Numbered from the stretch's first letter, positions 27,436 to 35,545 are shown. The stretch: 64,000 nt of DNA from Solirubrobacterales bacterium (GCA_033856255.1 JAWVFH010000010.1:8984-72983), one strand, 5' to 3'. Notes: generated by a model from the sequence alone, not told the origin. Translations and numbers: made by a program.

Positions 27436-27439
27436 GTGG

Positions 27440-28729
27440 GTGCGGTCGGAGGACTCACGCGGGGCCGGTAACCAGGCACCGCCGTCAAGCCGGCGTCGCC
27501 TTCGGGCGATCGTCGTCACGGCGGTGTCGGTCGTCGCGATGCTGGCGCTGGCCGGCCCGGCGACGGCGGCGAAGCCGGTCTTCGGGATCGTGCCCCAGGA
27601 CGGCGCCCTGCCGCCGACCAGCGACCTCGATCTGATGCCCGGTGGCGGGATCACGGGCATGAGGACGATGCTGCCGTGGGGGTCGATCGAGTCGACCCGC
27701 GGCCACTACGACTGGGGCGATGCCGACGCGATCATCCGCGAGACGACGAACCGCGGCATCCAGCCGTTCATCTTCCTCTACGGGACCCCGGACTGGGCCG
27801 CGAAGATCGACAACCGGGACTGCAGAGGCGCCGGCACCTGCGCCGTCTATCCGCCGCGGACGAAGGAAACGCGGGACGCATTCGGCGCCTTCGCCGCGGC
27901 CGCGGCCGCCCGCTACGGCCCAGGAGGGACCTTCTGGGAGCCGCCGATCAACCCTCGCGAAGACGGCCCCTACGGCCAGGACCCCCCGGACCCATGCGAC
28001 GTCACGCCGGAGCTCTGCATACCGCAGCCGCCCCCGACCCCCCCGCCGCCGCTGCCGACCCCGCCGCCGCTGCCGACCGAGCCGCCCTGCGGCTGCACGG
28101 TCGCCCACCCGATCACCGTCTGGCAGATCTGGAACGAGGAGAACTCGCCCAAGTACTTCGCTCCCAAGGTCGACGTCCGCAAGTACGCGGCGCTGCTGAA
28201 GAGCGCCGCCGCAGGGATCCGCTTCGTCGACCCCAGCGCCGAGATCGTCCTCGGCGGCATGTGGGGGCCGAACTCGGCCCGCGAGGTGGTGACGACGACG
28301 AAGGAGTACCTGAGCAAGCTCTACGCCCTCGGCGCCGCCGGCGACTTCGACTCGATCGCGCTCCACCCGTACGCCAACAACGCCAAGCAGTCGGTCGCCC
28401 AGCTCGACAGCGCGCGGCGGGTGATGGACAGGGCGGGCGACACCGACGCCGGGATCTGGGTGACGGAGATCGGCTGGGCCGGGCGGGGACCGGCGAACAA
28501 CCCCTACGTCAAGGGCCTGCTGGGCCAGGCTCGCGTCCTCACGCAGGCGCTCTCGGCTTACGTGCGCGAGCGCAGGGCGCTCGATCTGCGCGGGGTGTTC
28601 TGGTACTCGTGGCGGGACATGAAGGGTGGCGACCTGATCTGCGAGTGGTGCGGCCACGCGGGGCTGAGGGACAAGAAGGGCGAGCCGAAGCCGGCCTGGC
28701 GGGCGTTCGTGAGGGTGGCGCGCGGGTGA
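27440..28729 (+). CDS. secreted clan GH-A-like glycoside hydrolase, paralogue 1 (with Pro/Cys-rich insertion)
   Basis: Part of ORF 27209..28729 from in-frame GTG 27440. RR-containing signal peptide. WQIWNEENSP (acid/base position) and WVTEIGW (nucleophile position). Confidence 0.8.
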   Translation: MRSEDSRGAGNQAPPSSRRRLRAIVVTAVSVVAMLALAGPATAAKPVFGIVPQDGALPPTSDLDLMPGGGITGMRTMLPWGSIESTRGHYDWGDADAIIRETTNRGIQPFIFLYGTPDWAAKIDNRDCRGAGTCAVYPPRTKETRDAFGAFAAAAAARYGPGGTFWEPPINPREDGPYGQDPPDPCDVTPELCIPQPPPTPPPPLPTPPPLPTEPPCGCTVAHPITVWQIWNEENSPKYFAPKVDVRKYAALLKSAAAGIRFVDPSAEIVLGGMWGPNSAREVVTTTKEYLSKLYALGAAGDFDSIALHPYANNAKQSVAQLDSARRVMDRAGDTDAGIWVTEIGWAGRGPANNPYVKGLLGQARVLTQALSAYVRERRALDLRGVFWYSWRDMKGGDLICEWCGHAGLRDKKGEPKPAWRAFVRVARG

Positions 28730-29829
28730 TCCGCGGGCGGCTGATCGCGGGCGGCCTGGCCGGGTCGCTCGCGCTCGCCGTGCTGCCGGCGGGGGCGCCG
28801 GCGGCGCCGCGGGGATTCTTCGGGGTGATGCCGCAGGGGCCGCTGAGCGCGGACGACTACGCCGGGATGGGCGCCGCCGGCGTCGGCACGCTGCGCCTGC
28901 AGCTCTCCTGGGCCGCGATCGACGCCGGCCCGGCCGCCGGCGGCTACGACTGGTCGGACGCCGACGCGGTCGTCGCGGGCGCGGCGCGCAACCGGATCCG
29001 GGCGCTGCCGGTGGTCACCGGCACCCCCGCCTGGGTGATCGCCCTCGACGGCCGGCGCTGCGGCCGCCGCGGCTGCCCGCCGTTCGCGCCGACGGGCAGC
29101 GCGGCGCTCGCCGCCTGGCGCGCCTTCCTCACCGCCGCCGTCGACCGCTACGGCCCGGCCGGCGCGTTCTGGGCCGACAACCCGTCGCTGCCGCAGCTGC
29201 CGGTCCGCGTCTGGCAGGTCTGGAACGAGCAGAACTCGCCCAGCTACTGGGAGCCGAGGCCCGACGTGGACGCCTACGCGCGACTGCTGGACGCCGCCCA
29301 CGAGGCGATCACGCAGCGCGATCCGGAGGCGAAGTTGATCCTCGGCGGCATGTTCGCCACGCCGCTCGGAGGCCTTGGGCCCGCGATCACGGCGGCGCGC
29401 TTTCTCGCTCGCCTCTATCGCCACCGCGGGGCCAGGCGAGACTTCGACGGCGTCGCCGCGCACCCCTACGCTGCAAAGCTCTCTGGCGTGCGCGAGCAGA
29501 TCAACCTCCTGCGCGATCGCATGGACGCCGCCGGCGACGAGCGGGCGGGGCTCTGGATCACCGAGCTGGGCTGGGCCTCGGGCGGCGCACCGAACCCGCT
29601 CAACCGCGGCCTCGACGGCCAGGCGAGCCGACTCCGCCAGGCCTTCGCCTACCTGCTCCGCAAGCGTCGCGCCCTGCGGATCGAGAACGTCACCTGGTAC
29701 TCGTGGCGCGACGATCCCGGCGTCCTCGCCGGCCGCTGCGCCTGGTGCCCGGACTCCGGCCTCCTGAACGCCGACGGCACGGCGAAACCGTCCCTCGGCG
29801 TCTTCGCGGAGTTCGCCCATGCGGACTGA
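28726..29829 (+). CDS. secreted clan GH-A-like glycoside hydrolase, paralogue 2
   Basis: Part of ORF 27676..29829 from GTG 28726, which overlaps the stop of paralogue 1. WQVWNEQNSP and WITELGW. Confidence 0.8.
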   Translation: MIRGRLIAGGLAGSLALAVLPAGAPAAPRGFFGVMPQGPLSADDYAGMGAAGVGTLRLQLSWAAIDAGPAAGGYDWSDADAVVAGAARNRIRALPVVTGTPAWVIALDGRRCGRRGCPPFAPTGSAALAAWRAFLTAAVDRYGPAGAFWADNPSLPQLPVRVWQVWNEQNSPSYWEPRPDVDAYARLLDAAHEAITQRDPEAKLILGGMFATPLGGLGPAITAARFLARLYRHRGARRDFDGVAAHPYAAKLSGVREQINLLRDRMDAAGDERAGLWITELGWASGGAPNPLNRGLDGQASRLRQAFAYLLRKRRALRIENVTWYSWRDDPGVLAGRCAWCPDSGLLNADGTAKPSLGVFAEFAHAD

Positions 29830-30955
29830 GCGAGCCCGGCGCCGCGCCCTCGCCCTCGCCGTCCCGGTCGCGCTCGGGCTGGCGCTTGGACTCTGGCCCG
29901 GCTCGGGCGCCGTCGCCGACGGCCCGGTCTCCGTGGTCCCGAGGTCGTTCTACGGGGTCGCTCCGCAGAACACGCTGACCGCCGCCGACGTCGACCGGAT
30001 GGCGCAGGGACGCCTGGGAACGGTGAGGGTGTTCGTGAACTGGGCCGCGATCGACCCGACCAGCAGCGACGACGACAACTGGTCGACGATCGATCCGATC
30101 GTCGAGGCGGCGGCGGCCGACGGACTCACCGTCACGCCGTTCGTCTTCGGGACCCCGGAATGGGTCGCCCGGGACCTCGACCATCGCGCCTGCTCGCCGA
30201 GCACTTGCGGGCTCTTCGCGCCGGCGGGACAGCTCGCCCTCGAGCAGTGGAAGCGCTTTCTCGTCGAGGCGGTCGAGCGCTACGGGCCCGGCGGCGAGTT
30301 CTTCGCCGACCGCCCCTACCTCCCCTACCAGCCGATCACGGTGTGGCAGCTGTGGAACGAGCAGAACTCACAGACGTTCTACCGGCCGAAGCCCGACGTC
30401 AACTCCTACGCCACCCTGGTCAGGTCGGGGACCGACGCTGTGCACTCGGTGGACCCGGATGCCAGAATCCTCCTAGGCGGCATGTTTGGCAGCCCGGGCG
30501 GCGAGGACGAGCCGAAGCTGTTCGCGTGGAACTACCTGCGCAGGCTCTACGAGATCCCGGGGATCGCCGATCAATTCGACGGCGTCGCCGTGCACCCCTA
30601 CGCGGCGCGGATGAGCAAGGTGATCGAGCAGGTGAAGCTGATGCACAAGGAGATCGTCAGGGCCCACGACCCGGCCGAGATGTGGATCACGGAGGTCGGC
30701 TGGTCCTCGGGTACGGGCGGGAACCCGCTGGAGCGCGGCAAGAAGGGGCAGGCCAGCCGCCTGCGCGAGGCGATGACCTGGTTCATCGGTCACGAGGCCG
30801 CCTACAGGATCGAGAACGTGACCTGGTTCGCGTGGCGCGACCTGGCGGGCAAGCCGATCTGCCAGTGGTGCGCGAACGCCGGCCTGTTCGAGGCCGGCGC
30901 GCTGACCCCGAAGCCGGCCTGGAGGGCCCTGATGCTCTACACCGGCGGCAGCTGA
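29819..30955 (+). CDS. secreted clan GH-A-like glycoside hydrolase, paralogue 3
   Basis: ORF track, 378 aa. Overlaps paralogue 2 by 11 nt. WQLWNEQNSQ and WITEVGW. Confidence 0.8.
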   Translation: MRTERARRRALALAVPVALGLALGLWPGSGAVADGPVSVVPRSFYGVAPQNTLTAADVDRMAQGRLGTVRVFVNWAAIDPTSSDDDNWSTIDPIVEAAAADGLTVTPFVFGTPEWVARDLDHRACSPSTCGLFAPAGQLALEQWKRFLVEAVERYGPGGEFFADRPYLPYQPITVWQLWNEQNSQTFYRPKPDVNSYATLVRSGTDAVHSVDPDARILLGGMFGSPGGEDEPKLFAWNYLRRLYEIPGIADQFDGVAVHPYAARMSKVIEQVKLMHKEIVRAHDPAEMWITEVGWSSGTGGNPLERGKKGQASRLREAMTWFIGHEAAYRIENVTWFAWRDLAGKPICQWCANAGLFEAGALTPKPAWRALMLYTGGS

Positions 30956-30959
30956 TCCG

Positions 30960-32090
30960 GTGCCGATGAGGTCGCTTTTCGCCGCGGTCACCGCCGCGGG
31001 CATCCTCGCTCTCGCCGTCGTCGCCGCGGGCTGCGGCGAGTCCACCGGCGGCGTCGAACCACCACCGCCGCCGCCGCAGGCGCCGCGCGACTTCTTCGGC
31101 GTCGTCCCGCAGGGCCTGCTCAACGAGGCCGACCTCAACCGGATGGCCGAGGGCCGGGTGGGGACGATCCGTCTGGTGATTCCGTGGGGAACGCTCGATC
31201 CCTCGGCGAAGCCCGACGAGGGCGACTTCTCGACCATCGACCCGATCGTGCTGCAGGCCGCCGAGCACGGGATCCGCCTCCTGCCGACGATCTACGGGAC
31301 CCCGGACTGGGTCGCCGAGGAGCTCGACCATCGCTCCTGCGCGCCCACCTGCGCCTCCTTCGCCCCTCGCTCGCCGGCGGCGCTGGCGGCCTGGGCGGCG
31401 TTCCTCGGCGAGCTCGTCGATCGGTACGGCCCGAATGGCACGATCTGGGGCCAGCACCCGGAGGTGACCCCGAAGCCGGTCCGCGCCTGGCAGATCTGGA
31501 ACGAGCAGAACTCGCCGACCTTCTACCAGCCGGCCGTCGATCCGGCGTCCTACGCCGCGCTGCTGAAGGCCGCCTCGACCGCGATCACGGACCGCGACCA
31601 GGGCGCCGAGGTGATCCTGGGCGGCATGTTCGGCACCCCGCCGCCCGGCGAGCCCGCCTGGGACTTCCTGCGCCAGCTCTACTCGATCGACGACACGCGC
31701 GACTACTTCGACGCCGTCGCCGCCCACCCCTACGCCGCCCGGGAGGTCGGAATCGAGCCCCAGGTCCGGAAGCTTCGCGACGAGATCGTGCGGGCCGGGG
31801 ACCGGGACGCCGGGATCTGGATCACCGAGGTCGGCTCGTCCTCCGACACCGGCCCCAACCCGCTCGAGCTCGGGCCCGACGGTCAGGCCGACCAGCTGCG
31901 CGAGGCCTTCGATTTCTTCCTCCGCCACCGCGTCGCCTGGAACATCGAGGGCGTCACCTGGTACTCGTGGCGCGACTCGAGCGACCCGAACCAATGTGAC
32001 TGGTGCCCCGGCTCGGGCCTGTTCGAGGAGGACTCGCTGACCCCGAAGCCGGCCTGGAAGGCGTTCGCCTCCTTCACCGGCGGGTCCTAG
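30960..32090 (+). CDS. clan GH-A-like glycoside hydrolase lipoprotein, paralogue 4
   Basis: ORF track, 376 aa (alternative ATG at 30966). Lipobox VVAAGC. WQIWNEQNSP and WITEVGS. Confidence 0.8.
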   Translation: MPMRSLFAAVTAAGILALAVVAAGCGESTGGVEPPPPPPQAPRDFFGVVPQGLLNEADLNRMAEGRVGTIRLVIPWGTLDPSAKPDEGDFSTIDPIVLQAAEHGIRLLPTIYGTPDWVAEELDHRSCAPTCASFAPRSPAALAAWAAFLGELVDRYGPNGTIWGQHPEVTPKPVRAWQIWNEQNSPTFYQPAVDPASYAALLKAASTAITDRDQGAEVILGGMFGTPPPGEPAWDFLRQLYSIDDTRDYFDAVAAHPYAAREVGIEPQVRKLRDEIVRAGDRDAGIWITEVGSSSDTGPNPLELGPDGQADQLREAFDFFLRHRVAWNIEGVTWYSWRDSSDPNQCDWCPGSGLFEEDSLTPKPAWKAFASFTGGS

Positions 32091-32094
32091 GTGA

Positions 32095-32376
32095 TCAGAG
32101 GCCCGCGCCGCCGGCCATCGCCGGCAGGATGACGACCGTGTCGGCGTCCGAGACGGGGGTCTCGAGCCCGTCGAGCACCCGCACGTCCTCGTCGTTGAGG
32201 TAGACGTTGACGTAGCGGTTCAGCGCGCCGTCGGCGCCGAACAGCTGATCGCGGGTCTCGGGGTGCAACTCGGCCAGCGCCGTCAACACCTCGCCCACCG
32301 TCTCGCCGGCGGCCGCGACCTCCGACTCGCCGTCGGTGCGCGCGCGCAGGACCGGGGGGATCTTCACGTTCGGCAT
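32095..32376 (-). CDS. cysO: MoaD/ThiS-family sulfur carrier protein (CysO-like) with 3 residues after the Gly-Gly
   Basis: Part of ORF 32095..32523 from ATG 32376 (93 aa). VKIPPVLRARTDG...RYVNVYLNDEDVR...DTVVILPAMAGG-AGL closely parallels M. tuberculosis CysO as remembered. Confidence 0.85.
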   Translation of the reverse strand: MPNVKIPPVLRARTDGESEVAAAGETVGEVLTALAELHPETRDQLFGADGALNRYVNVYLNDEDVRVLDGLETPVSDADTVVILPAMAGGAGL

Positions 32377-32405
32377 CGAGCGAAAACCTACCGGGGCGAC
32401 GTGCC

Positions 32406-33569
32406 CTAGACGACCGCGGGCGTTTCCTCGCGCGCCGGGGCGCCGCAGAAGAGCTCGTAGTCGGGGAACTTGCCCATCTCCGAGGGCTCGATCTCGGGCG
32501 CGTGCTCGCCGCAGATCGGGCACTCGGGGTCGCGCTTCACCTTCAGCTCGGTGAACCGGGTGCCGAGCGACTCGTAGAGCAGCAGGCGGCCGACCAGCGG
32601 CTCGCCGATCCCGGCGACCAGCTTGATCACCTCGTTGGCCTGCAGCAGGCCCATCACGCCGGCCATCACCCCGAGCACGCCGTTGGCGCCGCAGCTCGGG
32701 GCCAGCTCAGGCGGCGGCGGCACCGGGTAGAGGCAGCGGTAGCACGGGCCCTCGAACGGGACGAAGGTCGAGATCTGGCCGTCGAAGCCGAGGATCGACG
32801 CCGAGACGACGGGCTTTCGCAGCCGGACCGAGGCGTCGTTGAGCAGGTAGCGGGTGGGGAAGTTGTCGGCGCCGTCGACGATCACGTCGTAGGGCTCGAT
32901 CAGCTCGAGGATGTTCGAGGAGTCGAGGCGCGTGTTGTGCTCGATCACGTCGACGTCGGGGTTGAGCGCCTCGATGGTGATCCGCGCCGAGGCGGTCTTC
33001 GCGATCCCGACCCGCTCGGTGTTGTGGATCACCTGGCGCTGCAGGTTCGACTCGTCGACGACGTCGTCGTCGATGATCCCGATCGTGCCGATCCCGGCCG
33101 CGGCGAGGTAGAGCGCCGTCGGGGCGCCGAGGCCGCCGGCGCCGAGCAGGAGCACCTTCGAGTTCAGCATCTTCAGCTGGCCCTCGACCCCGACCTCGGG
33201 CAGCAGGGTGTGGCGCGAGTAACGATTGCGCTGCTCGCGGCTCAGCCCGGAGGCGTTGACGGTCGGCAGTCCGGCGTTCTCCCAGGCGACGATCCCGCCC
33301 TCGACCACGCCGACGTCCTCGTAGCCGAGCGTGGCGAGCTCCGCCGCCATCTTCGCGGAGCGGTTGTCGGTGCGGCAGTGCAGGAGGATCCGCTCGGAGG
33401 TGTCGGGCGCCACCTCGTCGAGGCGCTCGACCAGCTCACCCTGGGGCACGAGCACGGCCGCCTCGAGGTGCGACTCGTCCCACTCGTTCGGCTCGCGGAC
33501 GTCGATCAGCTTCGTGCCCGCCTCGATCTCCCGACGGGCGCTCTCCAGATCAACCATCTCAACCGGCAT
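32406..33569 (-). CDS. MoeB/ThiF/MoeZ-family E1-like adenylyltransferase with N-terminal rhodanese domain
   Basis: ORF track, 387 aa. Rhodanese loop HCRTDNRS in the first ~100 aa. ThiF Rossmann motif LLLGAGGLGAP. Zn-site CxxC pairs CYRC and CPIC. AGGAG lies 11 nt ahead of the ATG. Confidence 0.85.
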   Translation of the reverse strand: MPVEMVDLESARREIEAGTKLIDVREPNEWDESHLEAAVLVPQGELVERLDEVAPDTSERILLHCRTDNRSAKMAAELATLGYEDVGVVEGGIVAWENAGLPTVNASGLSREQRNRYSRHTLLPEVGVEGQLKMLNSKVLLLGAGGLGAPTALYLAAAGIGTIGIIDDDVVDESNLQRQVIHNTERVGIAKTASARITIEALNPDVDVIEHNTRLDSSNILELIEPYDVIVDGADNFPTRYLLNDASVRLRKPVVSASILGFDGQISTFVPFEGPCYRCLYPVPPPPELAPSCGANGVLGVMAGVMGLLQANEVIKLVAGIGEPLVGRLLLYESLGTRFTELKVKRDPECPICGEHAPEIEPSEMGKFPDYELFCGAPAREETPAVV

Positions 33570-33598
33570 CTGCCCGAAAACTCCTAATTCCTATCCGG

Positions 33599-33629
33599 AT
33601 TACAGGTGTTACTTCAGAAAGTGTAGCAA
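33599..33629 (-). promoter_or_regulatory. candidate sigma70-type promoter for the moeZ-like/cysO genes
   Basis: Minus strand reads TTGCTA-19 nt-TGTAAT in the only AT-richer stretch upstream of 33569. The spacing is longer than optimal, so this call is weak. Confidence 0.3.
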
Positions 33630-33672
33630 CGGGGCAGAGAGGCAGGGCTGGGCAATGAGGGGCGGCTTTGTC

Positions 33673-33707
33673 GAGTTTGGGTCGGTATGCGACCCAAAGT
33701 CGCCAAT
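33673..33707. repeat. copy B of the repeated intergenic dyad element
   Basis: GAGTTTGGGTCGGTATGCGACCCAAAGTCGCCAAT contains a perfect 9-bp stem (TTTGGGTCG / CGACCCAAA) with a 5-nt loop. Homologous to 19464..19500. Confidence 0.7.
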
Positions 33708-33747
33708 CGCCGGCATCCGCCCCGGGCCCACCCCCGGCGCCCACCCC

Positions 33748-34671
33748 TTATTGCTCGTTGTTGTTGGGGAGCTCCGGCACCGGCCGCGCCGACACCACGG
33801 CCTCGACCGCCGCGCGGTCGCGGTCCGTGGCGCGGCGGAGGAGCCGCTTGGCGGTGAGCCGCAGGCGCAGGTTGGTGCGCAGGGCGAGCCACCCGAGCGT
33901 TTCGCGTCGCGGGCCGTAGGCGCGCCGTAGCGCGGCCCGCCAGTGCAGGGTGCCGGTCGGGCGCCAGCCCTCCCGCGAGCCGTAGACCCGGGTCGACGAG
34001 CCCTGGCCGTGGTGGACGATCCGGCAGGCGGCCGGGTCGAGCCAGGATCCGACGCCGGCGGCGGCCGCTCGCAGGCCCAGGTCGATGTCCTCTCCGAACA
34101 TGTGCAGCGCCGGGTCGAACGGGCCGAGGCCGGCGAGGACGTCGGTCGGGCCGGCGATGCAGGCCCCGGTCAGCCAGCTCACCTCGGTGCGGCGGTCGAG
34201 CCGGTAGGGCTCGGTGTGGGCGCGCACGGCGCTCGGCTGCAGGGCACCCGGGACCACCGCCCGAACCCAGGGCCAGAGCCCGACCTCGGGGCCGCTCGCC
34301 GACGGCTGCACCGAGCCGTCCGCATTGAGGACGCGGGGGCCGACCAGCCCCCCGAGCTCGAGCGCCGCGGCGGCGAGCCGGTCGAGCCCGTCGTCGAGCA
34401 GCTCGGTGTCCGGGTTGAGCAGCACGCACGCCTCACCGCCGGCGAGCCCCACGCCGACGTTCGAGGCGGCGCCGAAGCCGAGGTTGCTGCCGAGCCGCTG
34501 GAAGCGCACGGCTCCCCTCCACTCGCCCGCCGCCGCCTCCGGGTCGTCGCCGGAGGCGTTGTCGACGACGACCAGCTGCGGCTCGTGAGCCAGGTGGCGG
34601 TTCATCGTCGCCACCAGGGCGCGCAGGTGATCCGCGCACTCCCAGGTGACGACGACTACCGAGTACTTGAT
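33748..34671 (-). CDS. family 2 glycosyltransferase with no canonical start codon for its conserved N-terminus
   Basis: ORF track gives 33748..34614 from a GTG. The in-frame upstream codons encode IKYSVVVVTWECADHLRALVA, the GT2 beta1 strand. There is no ATG/GTG/TTG between the upstream stop and 34614. An ATC at 34671 is preceded by AGGGA at 10 nt. Confidence 0.55.
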   Translation of the reverse strand: MKYSVVVVTWECADHLRALVATMNRHLAHEPQLVVVDNASGDDPEAAAGEWRGAVRFQRLGSNLGFGAASNVGVGLAGGEACVLLNPDTELLDDGLDRLAAAALELGGLVGPRVLNADGSVQPSASGPEVGLWPWVRAVVPGALQPSAVRAHTEPYRLDRRTEVSWLTGACIAGPTDVLAGLGPFDPALHMFGEDIDLGLRAAAAGVGSWLDPAACRIVHHGQGSSTRVYGSREGWRPTGTLHWRAALRRAYGPRRETLGWLALRTNLRLRLTAKRLLRRATDRDRAAVEAVVSARPVPELPNNNEQ

Positions 34672-34684
34672 CGCGACTGGTTCC

Positions 34685-35545
34685 CTAGCCGAGCGACGGA
34701 CGCATCTGGCGCAGTCGCCGGACGCGCTCCTCGATCGGGGGATGGGTCGAGAACAGCCCCGCGATCCCGCCGCCCTTGAACGGCTTCACGATGTAGAGCG
34801 GCTCGGTCGCCTGGTTGACCTGCATCGGCATCGCGGCCGCGCCCTCCTCGAGCCTCAGCAGCGCCGAGGCCAGCGACTCGGGGTTGCCGCAGAACTGCGC
34901 TCCAGTCGCGTCGGCCGCGTACTCGCGCTGGCGGGAGACCGCGAGCTGGATCAGCGAAGCGGCGATCGGGGCGAGCAGGACCATCGCCAGGCTCCCGATC
35001 AGCCCGAACGGCGAATCGTCGTCGCCGCCGAACCAAAGCGCGAAGTAGGCCAGGTAGGTGATCATCGCGCCGATCGCCGAGGCGACCGACTGGGTGAGGA
35101 TGTCGCGGTTGCTGATGTGGGCGAGCTCGTGCGAGATCACGCCGCGCAGCTCGTCCTCGGAGAGCAGCTTCGTGATCCCGCTGGTCACCGCGACCGCGGC
35201 GTGGTTGGGGCTGCGCCCGGTGGCGAACGCGTTCGGCTGCTCGGAGGGGATCATGAAGAGGCGCGGCATCGGCAGGCCGGCGCGGGTCGTCAGCTCGCGG
35301 ACCATCTGGTAGATGCCCGGCGCCTCCTCCTCGGAGAGCGGCTTCGCCCGGGCGCTCGCGATCGCAATCTTGTCGCTGAACCAGAAGGCGACGAAGTTCA
35401 TCGCCAGGGCGATCGCCAGGAAGATGGACGCGATCTGGATGCCGCCGATCGCGTAGCCGATCGCGATCATCAGGCCACCGAGCGTGGCCATCAGGATCGT
35501 CGTCCGCAGAGCAGCCGAGAAGTTCGACTTCCGAGTCGTTGTCAT
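34685..35545 (-). CDS. htpX: M48-family zinc protease HtpX
   Basis: Part of ORF 34685..35617 from ATG 35545, with AAGGAG 9 nt upstream. HELAHI zinc motif and 4 helices. Confidence 0.9.
   Translation of the reverse strand: MTTTRKSNFSAALRTTILMATLGGLMIAIGYAIGGIQIASIFLAIALAMNFVAFWFSDKIAIASARAKPLSEEEAPGIYQMVRELTTRAGLPMPRLFMIPSEQPNAFATGRSPNHAAVAVTSGITKLLSEDELRGVISHELAHISNRDILTQSVASAIGAMITYLAYFALWFGGDDDSPFGLIGSLAMVLLAPIAASLIQLAVSRQREYAADATGAQFCGNPESLASALLRLEEGAAAMPMQVNQATEPLYIVKPFKGGGIAGLFSTHPPIEERVRRLRQMRPSLG

Noticed and set aside
27209-27439. N-terminal extension of the GH paralogue 1 ORF that overlaps the small Gly-rich protein gene in another frame.
   Set aside because: The extension is Arg/Pro/Ala-rich shadow sequence. 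The signal peptide begins just after in-frame GTG 27440, 4 nt past the small gene's stop.
29755-29830. Apparent 1-nt frame inconsistency at the junction of GH paralogues 2 and 3 when I indexed the printed sequence by hand. It suggested a frameshift.
   Set aside because: My manual count disagrees with the ORF track by one base only between about 29760 and 30160 and agrees on both sides. I treat this as my own reading or counting error and used the ORF-track coordinates.
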